DNA of 23,058 nucleotides from an uncultured Gemmatimonadota bacterium (GTDB lineage: Bacteria; GCA-2686955), in NCBI GenBank assembly GCA_964490075.1, contig CAZBBK010000017.1:62001-85058 (forward strand), given 5' to 3'. How positions within the stretch are numbered: position 1 is the first letter of the stretch; the number at the start of each line of letters is the position of its first letter. Made by a program: the position numbers and the translations under genes. Positions 15,229 to 23,058 of the stretch are shown piece after piece. Under the pieces are notes generated by a model. It searched no databases, was not told the DNA's origin, and was given only the letters and a program-made list of their open reading frames with translations.

Positions 15229-17767
15229 CCTTCGCCTCGAGCTTCTGCAGGCGCCCCTCGAGCTTGCGCACGGTCTCCTCCAGGCGCTCGATCTGCTCCT
15301 TGGCCGCGGCCTTGGGGCCGCCCTCCGCCCTTCCCCGCAAGCGCCGAATCAAGCGGTCCAGGTCGGGATGGTCCTGCGCGGCGAAGGTCGCCTTCATGGT
15401 CTCGATCGCGGCGGCGGCGCCCGGCGTCTCGAGCGGCGCCAGGGCGTGGGCGACCGTCCAGCGGATCAGCTCCTGCGGGTCGCGGGTCAGGTCGAGCAGG
15501 CGCGCCTCGTGCGGCCGCCGCTCGTGCGGCGCGCGCCAGCTGAGCGCCGCGGCGAGGGCGCGAACCGCGGCGGGTCGGCAAAGGTCGGTCTCGGCCCCGT
15601 AGCCGATCCGGCCGCCGAGCACCTCCACCGCGCGAGGGCTTCTGCTGCGCCCCAGGGCGAGCAAGGCGGCACGGCGCAGCTCTCCGTTCCAGCCCTCGGT
15701 ATCGAGCGCCGTGATCAACCGCTCCAGATCGTCGCCATCGAATTGCGCCGCCAGGGCAGCGAGCGCCGTTCCGCGCGCCCGGTATCCCAGATCATCGCGC
15801 TCCAGGTAGCGACGCAATGCCTCCGCCACCCGCCGGTCGCGGTAGCGGCCGCAGGCGGCGGCAATCACGGCCATGACGCGCGGATGCGCCTCGCTCTCCA
15901 GGCAACGCACCAGAATCGCGATCGCCAACTCGTTGTTGGAACGCGCCAGGGCACGCGCCATCTCGATCCGCACTCCCCAGAAGGGCTCGGCCCCGTAGAC
16001 CTCCCCCACCGCGTCGAAGTTTCGTCGGCCACCGCTTTCGATCAGCTCGCGCGCCGCCAAGATGCGACCTTCGATGTCCTCCGCCTCCACGAGTTGCCGG
16101 CGCAGCATCCCCTCGCCCGGATTGAAGCTGATCTTGCGCAGTAGCTTTCCCTCGGGATCGATCCGCACCTGGCGCGGTTTCGAGCTCATCGGCACCACGA
16201 AGCTCTGCTTCTGCTCGCCGTCGATCGCCACGACCACGCGGTGCGGCTCGCCATCGGCGCTCTGCCACCACAGATCGAGATCGAACACGAAGGGGCCAAT
16301 GCCGCGCGCATCGTCTTTCTGTGTCTGCTCGATTCCGAATACGCCCTCGCGCGCCTCCTGGTCGTACCTGAAACGCGCCTTCAGCTTCGGGTAGCCGGGT
16401 GCGTAGATCCACTGGTCGAAAAAGCGCTGCAGGCTGCGGCCCGAGTGCTTCTCGAGCACCCGCCGAAAGTCGTCGGTCTCGACCACGTCTTTCGAGTAGC
16501 GCGCCACGTAGTCCCGAACCGCCGGCCAGAAAACCCCGTCTCCCAACATCGCCCGCAGCATGTGGATGCGACATGCGCCCCCGGGATAAGTGTGGCGATC
16601 GAACATCTGCCAGCTAGAGACATAGTTTCTGGTGGTGATCGGACGGGCGTAGTGCTCGTCGACTTCGTGGAAGTAGCGATGGGCGTTGATCCAAAGATCG
16701 TAACGCGCCTGGTCCGCCCCTTCGATCTCCTCCAACCAGACCGTCTCGATGTAGGTCGCCCACGACTCCTTGAGCCAGCAGTGCGAATGATCGCGGATGA
16801 CGATCGCATCGCCGAAGTAGGAGTGCGCCATCTCGTGGATGTTGGTGGCGTCTACGTCGGCGCCTGCCTCTCGGTGCAGTGTCTCATCCTGGATGTAGCG
16901 CGCATCCCAGCTCACCAGAGAGATGTTCTCCATGGCGCCGGGAATGCCGGGCAGCGCGAACTGATAGTATTTCGCAAAGGGAAAGGAGGCGCCCAGACGG
17001 CCGACCAGCCAGCGCATCATTTCGGGTGTGCGCCCGAACGAGCGTCGCAGATCCTCGGGACTGTAGCCCTTGCGCGGACCGAAGTAGGCGATCTGCACGC
17101 CGTCGACCGACTCGTCGTCGTAGCGACAGAAATCGCCGATGGCGACACAGAGCAGGTAGCTGGGGCAGGGATAGTCGAGCGTCCAGATCGAGGTTTGCGT
17201 GCCGTTGCCGTTGTTGACCGTCTCTTGCTCGGCACCGGACGCCAGAATGGTCAGATCGGAGGGCGCGGTCAGCCGCATCTGGTAGGTGGTGCGCACCGTT
17301 GGCAGGTCGATGCAGGGCAGCCAGTAGCGAGCCCGCTCGGTCTCATGGTCGGTGGAGGCGTAGAGCGGACGCTCGGGATAGGCATCGTCGGGCACCGAGA
17401 AGAGCAGGCCGGAGATCGGCTCGCTGACGGAGTAGTGCACGCGCACTCGGCGCACCTCGGCGGCCGCGAAGGGGGCGGCCCAGGTGAGGTGGATCTCGGA
17501 GCCGTCGTAGCTGAACGAGAGCTCGGCGCCGTCGGCGTCCTCGACGCGCAGGTCTTCGAAGCCGATGGCGTTCAGGCACAACGAGCGCGGCCCATCGACG
17601 CGCGCCGCGACCGAGGTGGTCGCGCAACCGCGCACGGTCCGCGCGCTCGGATCGAAGGCGAGATCGAGCTCGATATGGCGTGGCTCGAGCTCGAGATCGG
17701 GCGGATAGTGGGGCCTCGCGCCAAGGCCGGCGAAGTCTGTCGGGGCGGGTCTCGACCTGTGCTCCAT
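15203..17767 (-). CDS. M1 family zinc aminopeptidase with C-terminal HEAT-like repeats and coiled coil
   Basis: GAMEN motif, HEMAH-X18-E ('HEMAHSYFGD...WLKESWATY'), 'ARYWLPCID', 'FFDQW'. HEAT-like repeats; terminal 'IERLEETVRKLEGRLQKLEAK'. Confidence 0.92.
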   Translation of the reverse strand: MEHRSRPAPTDFAGLGARPHYPPDLELEPRHIELDLAFDPSARTVRGCATTSVAARVDGPRSLCLNAIGFEDLRVEDADGAELSFSYDGSEIHLTWAAPFAAAEVRRVRVHYSVSEPISGLLFSVPDDAYPERPLYASTDHETERARYWLPCIDLPTVRTTYQMRLTAPSDLTILASGAEQETVNNGNGTQTSIWTLDYPCPSYLLCVAIGDFCRYDDESVDGVQIAYFGPRKGYSPEDLRRSFGRTPEMMRWLVGRLGASFPFAKYYQFALPGIPGAMENISLVSWDARYIQDETLHREAGADVDATNIHEMAHSYFGDAIVIRDHSHCWLKESWATYIETVWLEEIEGADQARYDLWINAHRYFHEVDEHYARPITTRNYVSSWQMFDRHTYPGGACRIHMLRAMLGDGVFWPAVRDYVARYSKDVVETDDFRRVLEKHSGRSLQRFFDQWIYAPGYPKLKARFRYDQEAREGVFGIEQTQKDDARGIGPFVFDLDLWWQSADGEPHRVVVAIDGEQKQSFVVPMSSKPRQVRIDPEGKLLRKISFNPGEGMLRRQLVEAEDIEGRILAARELIESGGRRNFDAVGEVYGAEPFWGVRIEMARALARSNNELAIAILVRCLESEAHPRVMAVIAAACGRYRDRRVAEALRRYLERDDLGYRARGTALAALAAQFDGDDLERLITALDTEGWNGELRRAALLALGRSRSPRAVEVLGGRIGYGAETDLCRPAAVRALAAALSWRAPHERRPHEARLLDLTRDPQELIRWTVAHALAPLETPGAAAAIETMKATFAAQDHPDLDRLIRRLRGRAEGGPKAAAKEQIERLEETVRKLEGRLQKLEAKVNPEKEDD

Positions 17768-17929
17768 GGAATCGAAGTCTTTCTGCGGGGGGTTGGGGCT
17801 CGTGGGGACAGCACAGTGTAGTGCGTCGATGGGGCGGCGTGGGGGCCGGGGAGGAGTGGTCTCGCGGAGAGCTCGCTGCTTGCGTCAATTCGCCCCTTCG
17901 AGCACGGGCAAGGGCTCGGGCCGCCGCGA

Positions 17930-18472
17930 TCAGTTGATGAACCCGCAGTCCGGTCGACCGCTCAAGGGCACGCCGCAATCGATGGTGCCATTCCAATCGA
18001 CGCGCGAGGCGGCGTCGAACGACACGCTGGGCAAGGGCGGCACGAGATAGCCGATCCCCGTGACCCAGCCATATCCCGGGGTGTTTTCGGGCCTTGGGCC
18101 AAAGTCGATGCGGCCACTGGTCATCACGAAGCTCAGTGGATTGGTCGTGCCGCACAAGTAGAAAGCGTCGGCGCGAAGGAAGTTGGCCGTGGAGCCTTCC
18201 AGGTGGATGAAGACCACGAACCCCAGTGTGTCGCCGCTGTCGAACCAGTAATCCTCCGGCGTGTACCAGAGACACCCGCCGTCACTGAACCAACTATCCC
18301 ACCACTCGGTCTGCTCCCAGTTCCCTTCCTTGCCTGCTGCGGTGGTGTAATCGTGGCAGATGCCAACGCAGTCGACCGCTCTGTTGGCGAGCAGGTCGAT
18401 GGAATGCGCCGGGCCCGAGAGGCAGAAAGTCAACACAATGGCAATCGTTCTTCTCTTGACCTCAGTCTCCAT
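17930..18472 (-). CDS. Small secreted Cys/Trp-rich hypothetical protein (~180 aa)
   Basis: Probable start at ATG 18472 (METEVKRRTIAIVLTFCLSGPAHS, signal-peptide-like). Globular composition unlike shadow ORFs; fills the gap between two minus-strand genes. Confidence 0.6.
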   Translation of the reverse strand: METEVKRRTIAIVLTFCLSGPAHSIDLLANRAVDCVGICHDYTTAAGKEGNWEQTEWWDSWFSDGGCLWYTPEDYWFDSGDTLGFVVFIHLEGSTANFLRADAFYLCGTTNPLSFVMTSGRIDFGPRPENTPGYGWVTGIGYLVPPLPSVSFDAASRVDWNGTIDCGVPLSGRPDCGFIN

Positions 18473-18637
18473 CCAGATGTGTTGATCGTGCCCCTCTTGC
18501 GAGGCTAGCCCCTCGCTCAGTACCAGACCAGTCTGATCGCGCCTGCGGCAATGCCCCCGTTGGCGGAGCCGTGCGCGCAATCTCTGACGAGGCCGAGAGC
18601 GCGAATGGACCGATCGCCTCTCACCCCCCCCCTCACA

Positions 18638-19234
18638 TCACACCGCCCGCGCACCCGAATCCCGCTCCAGGCCCAGCTCGGGAGCCGCGTGCACCAGAAA
18701 GGTGCGCAGGATCCAGCCGGTCACGCCCCACACCAGGACGGCCCGCCACTCCACCGCATACGACTCGATCGAGCGACCGCGCCACTCCACCTCGCGCAAG
18801 CCGAACCCGGCCGCGACTGCCGCGAAGGGGATCTCGATCACCTGCTCGACCTCGGCTGCCTGCGGCGCGTAGCGCAGCTCCGGCGGCAGCACCGCGACGA
18901 AGGGCGCGACCCGGAACCCCGAGGTGGTGACCATCTGGTCGAGGGCGCCAAGGACCCGCGCGGAGTGGATCCCCACCTCTTCGTCGGCCTCGCGCAGGGC
19001 GGTAGCGCGGAGGTCGGTGTCGCCGGGCTCCATCCCCCCACCCGGGAACGACACCTGTCCCTTGTGGTGCTCCACCGTGGAGGTGCGCTTGGTGAACACC
19101 AGGTGCGGCGCCCCGGCGCGCTCCACGATCGGCACCAGCACCCCGGCGGGTCGCAGATCGGGCCGGTCGGCGGCCAGGTCGAGGGGCGTGTGAGCGGCCA
19201 GCGCCCGCTCCAAGCGCAAGATCAGGCCATCCAC
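18638..19234 (-). CDS. Nudix hydrolase, CoA pyrophosphatase (NudL/PCD1-like)
   Basis: GTG at 19234 with GGGAGA upstream. NuCoA motif 'FTKRTSTVEHHKGQVSFPGG', Nudix box 'GGMEPGDTDLRATALREADEEVGI', C-terminal 'VWGVTGWIL'. Confidence 0.9.
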   Translation of the reverse strand: MDGLILRLERALAAHTPLDLAADRPDLRPAGVLVPIVERAGAPHLVFTKRTSTVEHHKGQVSFPGGGMEPGDTDLRATALREADEEVGIHSARVLGALDQMVTTSGFRVAPFVAVLPPELRYAPQAAEVEQVIEIPFAAVAAGFGLREVEWRGRSIESYAVEWRAVLVWGVTGWILRTFLVHAAPELGLERDSGARAV

Positions 19235-19540
19235 GGCGGCTCTCCCGCGTTCGTGGCGCCGGGGGGGGGGAGCGACCCGGACCGCCCCGGCCCCGGTCGC
19301 GAGCCACCGCGGTGGGCGCGCAATTAGGCGATTACCGCCCCCACATCGAGCAACGCCCGNNNNNNNNNNGGGCCGCGCCCCCCCCCCGCCCCACGCCCAA
19401 CACCCGGCCACCCCCGGCGGCTCCCCCCCGTGCGGGGCGCCGGGGGGGGGGGAGCGACCGGGACCGCGCGGGCCCCGGTCGCGAGCCTCAGCGTTGGGCG
19501 CGCTATTCGGCGATTCCGGCGACCTCTTCGAGCATCGCCG
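19190..19540. other. Scaffold gap (10 N, 19360-19369) flanked by two error-laden copies of the same ~170 bp; probable unmerged contig overlap
   Basis: ~19190-19359 aligns to 19370-19540 at an offset of ~182. The left copy ends with a corrupted version of the citrate synthase 3' end; the right copy begins with a corrupted version of the Nudix 5' end. Confidence 0.8.
19454..19482 (-). terminator. GC-rich hairpin just downstream of citrate synthase (possible terminator or stabilising hairpin)
   Basis: GCGACCGGG (19454-62) / CCCGGTCGC (19474-82), ~20 nt past the stop codon. No U tract visible, but the adjacent poly-G is low-quality sequence. Confidence 0.35.
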
Positions 19541-20810
19541 TGGTGACCGACTTGGGCCGCTCGATCGGATAGCCGAGGGCGCGGTCCCAGGTGATGTTGG
19601 CCAGGGTGCCGATCGCTCGACCGATGCCGAAGAGCACCGTGTAGAAGGAGTACTCGGTCACGCCGTAGTACCACTGGATCACGCCGGACTGGGCGTCGAC
19701 GTTGGGCCAGGGGTTCTTCGCCTTGCCGTGCTCCATCAGCACCGGCGGGGCCACCTTGTAGATGGTGTTGATCACCTTGAAGAGCGGGTAGTCCGGCAGG
19801 TTCTTCTCGCAGAACTCCATCTGCGATACGTAGCGCGGATCGGTCTTGCGCAGCACCGCGTGGCCGTAGCCCGGAACCACCTGACCGCTGTTCAGGGTGT
19901 CCCACAGGGCCTGGCGGATCACATCCTCGGTCGGCTCGGCGTCGCCCAGCTCTTCGATGAAGTTCTGGGTCCAGCGCAGCACGTTCTCGTTGGCCAGCCC
20001 GTGCAGCGGCCCGGCGAGGCCGTTGAGGCCGGCGGAGAGGGCGTAGTAGGCGTCGGAGAGGGCCGAGGCGACCAGGTGCACGGTGTGCGCCGACACGTTG
20101 CCCGACTCGTGGTCGGAGTGCAGGATGAAGTACATCCGCGCCACGTCGTCGTAGGGGGCGTCGATGCCCATCATGTGCGCGAAGTTGCCGCCGAAATCGA
20201 GCTCGGGGTCGGGCGCGATCGGGGTGTCGGCCTTGAACTTCATGCGGTAGATGTAGGCGCCGATCTCCGGGAGCTTCGCCAGGAGGTTGCAGCAGTCCTC
20301 ATAGGTCGAATCCCAGAAGTCCATCTTGCTCATGCCCTTGCGATACTCCTCGGCGAACTCCGACTCGCGCTGCATGGCGAGGATCGCGGCCGAGAACATG
20401 GTCATCGGGTGGGTATCTCGGGGCATGGCGCGCAGCACGTCGAACACGTACTGCGGCACTCGGGCGCGGGTCTTGAAGTCGCGGGCGACCTCTTGCGCCT
20501 GGTCGAGGGTCGGCACCTCGCCGGTCAGCAGGAAGTGCCAGAACCCCTCGACGTAGGGGTATTCGCTGCCGGGGACTTTCGGCAGGGCGGCGAAGGTCTC
20601 GGGAATGGTCTTGCCGCGGAAGCGGATGCCTTCCATGGGGTCAAGGTAGGAGATGTCGGTCACCAGGCAGCGGACTCCCCGCGCGCCGCCAATGGCCTGG
20701 CCGATCGTGACTTCGCCTACCTTCGCATCTGCGTGCTGCTTGAGAAGGCGCGTGGTTCGCGCTCGGTGCTTCTCGATCTGCTGGAAGAGGGTTTCCTTAA
20801 GCGTGGACAT
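19503..20810 (-). CDS. gltA: Citrate (Si)-synthase, eukaryotic/mitochondrial type
   Basis: ATG with AAGGAG. 'EGIRFRGKTIPE', 'HSDHESGNVSAH', 'GLAGPLHGLAN', 'VVPGYGHAVLRKTDPRY', 'KNPWPNVDAQSG', 'PIERPKS'. Confidence 0.95.
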   Translation of the reverse strand: MSTLKETLFQQIEKHRARTTRLLKQHADAKVGEVTIGQAIGGARGVRCLVTDISYLDPMEGIRFRGKTIPETFAALPKVPGSEYPYVEGFWHFLLTGEVPTLDQAQEVARDFKTRARVPQYVFDVLRAMPRDTHPMTMFSAAILAMQRESEFAEEYRKGMSKMDFWDSTYEDCCNLLAKLPEIGAYIYRMKFKADTPIAPDPELDFGGNFAHMMGIDAPYDDVARMYFILHSDHESGNVSAHTVHLVASALSDAYYALSAGLNGLAGPLHGLANENVLRWTQNFIEELGDAEPTEDVIRQALWDTLNSGQVVPGYGHAVLRKTDPRYVSQMEFCEKNLPDYPLFKVINTIYKVAPPVLMEHGKAKNPWPNVDAQSGVIQWYYGVTEYSFYTVLFGIGRAIGTLANITWDRALGYPIERPKSVTTAMLEEVAGIAE

Positions 20811-21074
20811 GAAGGGGCTCCTTGGCCAAGGTTCTCAGCTTGTCAAGCGACGAGTTTAGCGCATTGCGGCATAGGATCCTCGCAGGAAATCGTGCCCCTG
20901 ACCCCGGGCGCGGCGAAAGGCGGCGATGCCGGGCGTGCAGCCTATGATGAGGCTACTCTGAAGTGGCATACTGCCCGGGCCATGCCCGCTCCCGCGCACC
21001 GCCAAGTCCCACCCCCGACGCCGCCTCTCGCGCCGCCCCTTCGACTCCGGAGGTCGCCTTGAAGACCCTGAGCG

Positions 21075-22664
21075 ATGACTGACTACCAGAAGGGCCTCAA
21101 GCGGGAGGTCGCGGAGGTCAAGTTCCTGATCCACGACCTGCGCGTGGAACGCTTCATCAACGAGGTGATCCACTTCCACGTCACGCTGAACACCGACCTG
21201 GAGCTCTACGACGTCGACCAGGCCCAGGTGATCCACGGCGAGGATCTGCAGGAGCTCAAGCAGATGGCGGCCGGGCTGCGCCGCTCCCACCAGGACTACT
21301 GCAACGCGGTCACCAGCTTCTCGCCCGATCGCACGATCCTGCTGGCCGGCAAGAAGTACGTCGAGCGCATCTATGATGTCTGCGATCTGATTCTGAACCC
21401 GCTCTGGGGCCGCTTCGACAAGGTGATGTCGTTCCTGCCCGAGGAGTCGCGTTCGGCGCAGACGCAGAGTCATTACCGGAACTGCCTGCGCTGGGTCTGC
21501 GGGGTCTACTACCGGATCGAGCATTTTCTCGACGAGCAGGGCGACAAGGACGTCTCCGAGCGCTTCGACGTGGCCCGGGATCTGCAGGATTTCACCCGCA
21601 ACGTGATCTACGGCTACGTCGTCGAAAAGGGGGGCGCGCGGGTGGAGCTGCAGCTCGGAGGACTCGAGTCGGCGGTGCTGGAGGGGAACCGCCACCGCTT
21701 TCGGCGCATGTACTTCAACCTGGTGATGAACGCGGTCGACGCGATGGTCGGCAAGAAGGTCGGGGTGATTCATGTCTCCACCGCGATCGAAGGCGAAAGG
21801 GCGGTGATGCGGGTGCGTGACACGGGCTCGGGCATGCCCGCCGACAAGGTGCGCCAGCTGCTGGCCGACAAAGAGTCGCTGGACGGCGAGCTGCACTCGC
21901 TCGGTTTTGTGTTCGTGCGCCAGACCATCGCCGAGTATGGGGGGGAGCTGTCGATCGAGAGCGAGCCCGGCAAGGGGACCGAGGTGGTGGTGAGCCTGTC
22001 TTTCCTGGCCGCAGTCGAGGCGCCGCCGGCGCGACCTTCGCGCTGTGAGAAGTTCGAACTGTCGCGAACGCTGCCACCGGCGCTGCCGGAAGCTGGAACG
22101 GGCGCGGCGGGCGAGGGCGAGCAGGCCGGAGACGGACCCGCGACTGCGCAGACGGAGACCCGTGGGACGAGCTACGGCGCACTGGTCTTGAGCGACTTCC
22201 AGCGCTCGGACGCACAGCCGCCGGGCTGCATCTTCGCGATGGCCAGCCAAGACGACGGCGAGATCGACTTCTTCACCCACCGCCCCTACGAGAAGTTCTG
22301 GAACATCAGCCACGAAGATCTGTCGCCGATGTTCTTCGAGGCGACGATTCGCGGTCGGATGGAGCAGGACGACGAGCTGCAGCCGATGCTGATTCTGAAG
22401 TCGGCACAGAATATTCGCGAGTACTTCGAGTTCAAAGAGGTCGCGGAGAAAGTGCACAGCCAGGAGCGTTTCGCGGCGATGCTGCGCGACGAGCTCATCC
22501 GCATCGCGCGCAAACTGATCGAGACTGGTTTACCGGCCGAGACCGGAGTGGTGATGAGCGACCTGGAGAAGCTCTTCGGGGACTGTCCGGAGCTGTTGGA
22601 GAAGGAGCCTTTCGAGCTGGGTTTGCTGGCGGGGGTGCGGCAGGCGGGGGAGGGTGGGGGCTGA
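21075..22664 (+). CDS. Soluble HATPase_c (GHKL) domain protein, atypical histidine-kinase-like
   Basis: N box 'FNLVMNAVDAM', G1 'VRDTGSGM', terminal 'GGELSIESEPGKGTEV'. F and G2 boxes are degenerate. No TM segment; unknown N- and C-terminal regions. Confidence 0.8.
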   Translation: MTDYQKGLKREVAEVKFLIHDLRVERFINEVIHFHVTLNTDLELYDVDQAQVIHGEDLQELKQMAAGLRRSHQDYCNAVTSFSPDRTILLAGKKYVERIYDVCDLILNPLWGRFDKVMSFLPEESRSAQTQSHYRNCLRWVCGVYYRIEHFLDEQGDKDVSERFDVARDLQDFTRNVIYGYVVEKGGARVELQLGGLESAVLEGNRHRFRRMYFNLVMNAVDAMVGKKVGVIHVSTAIEGERAVMRVRDTGSGMPADKVRQLLADKESLDGELHSLGFVFVRQTIAEYGGELSIESEPGKGTEVVVSLSFLAAVEAPPARPSRCEKFELSRTLPPALPEAGTGAAGEGEQAGDGPATAQTETRGTSYGALVLSDFQRSDAQPPGCIFAMASQDDGEIDFFTHRPYEKFWNISHEDLSPMFFEATIRGRMEQDDELQPMLILKSAQNIREYFEFKEVAEKVHSQERFAAMLRDELIRIARKLIETGLPAETGVVMSDLEKLFGDCPELLEKEPFELGLLAGVRQAGEGGG

Positions 22665-22799
22665 GGGAGCTCAACCCAGGGCTGGGGAGACGCACCGACG
22701 AAGCAACGCGGGCGCGGCGGGTGTTCGTCCGCGGACCGCCCCCGGTCGATCCCATCGATTCGATCTAGGATTTGCCGGCTTCCGTTGCCGGGGACTACT

Positions 22800-22990
22800 T
22801 GGATGTTCCCCCGTTTTCGTAGCCACTGTTCTTATGCTGCTCTTGTTCCAAGTGTAGCCGAATTTTCGAATTCCCGTGGACTGACGCCCCCGAGGTACGA
22901 GTGCCGCCTACGAGTATTGTAGAAGCTCTCGATGTACTCGAAGATCGCGGCCTTCGCGTCCTCGAGCGAATCGAAGTCGGTCCGGCGCAT
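22800..22990 (-). mobile_element. IS3-family insertion sequence remnant (right end: transposase C-terminus plus terminal inverted repeat)
   Basis: Minus-strand peptide 'FDSLEDAKAAIFEYIESFYNTRRRHSYLGGVSPREFE' matches the IS3 OrfB C-terminus; stop at 22832. TGGATGTTCCCCCGTTTTCGTAGCCAC (22800-22826) resembles an IS3-type TG-starting IR. Confidence 0.75.
22832..22990 (-). pseudogene. Truncated IS3-family transposase (integrase core C-terminal fragment)
   Basis: Similarity ends near 22990. The expected upstream 'DNA..ESFF..LK.E' segment is absent in all three minus frames of 22990-23058. Confidence 0.65.
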
Positions 22991-23058
22991 CGGGATCAGC
23001 AAGTCCGGCCGCCGGTGGTAGCCGTGGAGCCAGGGGCTCTTGGCCCGGATGAACATGG

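Noticed and set aside
19235-19500. Repeated hairpin plus poly-G units as REP/MITE or CRISPR-like repeats
   Set aside because: Only two copies, straddling the N gap and including corrupted copies of flanking coding sequence; best explained as an unmerged contig overlap.
20841-20846. Perfect TTGACA on the minus strand upstream of gltA as a sigma70 -35
   Set aside because: Only ~30 bp from the start codon; the matching -10 position falls on the RBS and has no TATAAT resemblance.
16241-22457. Antisense ORFs 16241..17821 (+), 19494..21062 (+) and 20856..22457 (-)
   Set aside because: Mirror frames of the aminopeptidase, citrate synthase and HATPase genes, with no motifs of their own.
1-23058. 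tRNA, rRNA or CRISPR arrays
   Set aside because: No cloverleaf/T-loop signatures, rRNA-like tracts or regularly spaced direct repeats were seen in the short intergenic regions.

Overview
High-GC bacterial chromosomal window, probably from a metagenomic scaffold (10-N gap at 19360-19369). Left to right it holds: (1) the 3' part of a MoxR-associated Bat operon (DUF58 partial, DUF4381/BatD-like, batA, batB-batC fusion, batD, batE); (2) a large secreted beta-propeller protein and a small DUF4177-like protein on the minus strand; (3) a tightly coupled six-gene operon of ModA3-like binding protein, ModB, ModC/TOBE ATPase, MoaD/ThiS-like protein ending in GG, a divergent HesA/MoeB/ThiF E1-like enzyme, and a TauE/SafE transporter fused to a ~305-aa unknown domain, preceded by a strongly self-complementary intergenic region; (4) minus-strand genes for an M1 aminopeptidase with HEAT repeats, a small Cys/Trp-rich secreted orphan, a Nudix CoA pyrophosphatase and a eukaryotic-type citrate synthase; (5) an atypical soluble HATPase/histidine-kinase-like protein; (6) an IS3-family remnant. 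The best candidate for an undescribed system is the modABC + ubiquitin-like + degenerate E1 + TauE-fusion operon (9913-15228). The apparent duplication around the N gap is most likely an assembly artefact. All family calls come from visual motif recognition; no searches were run.
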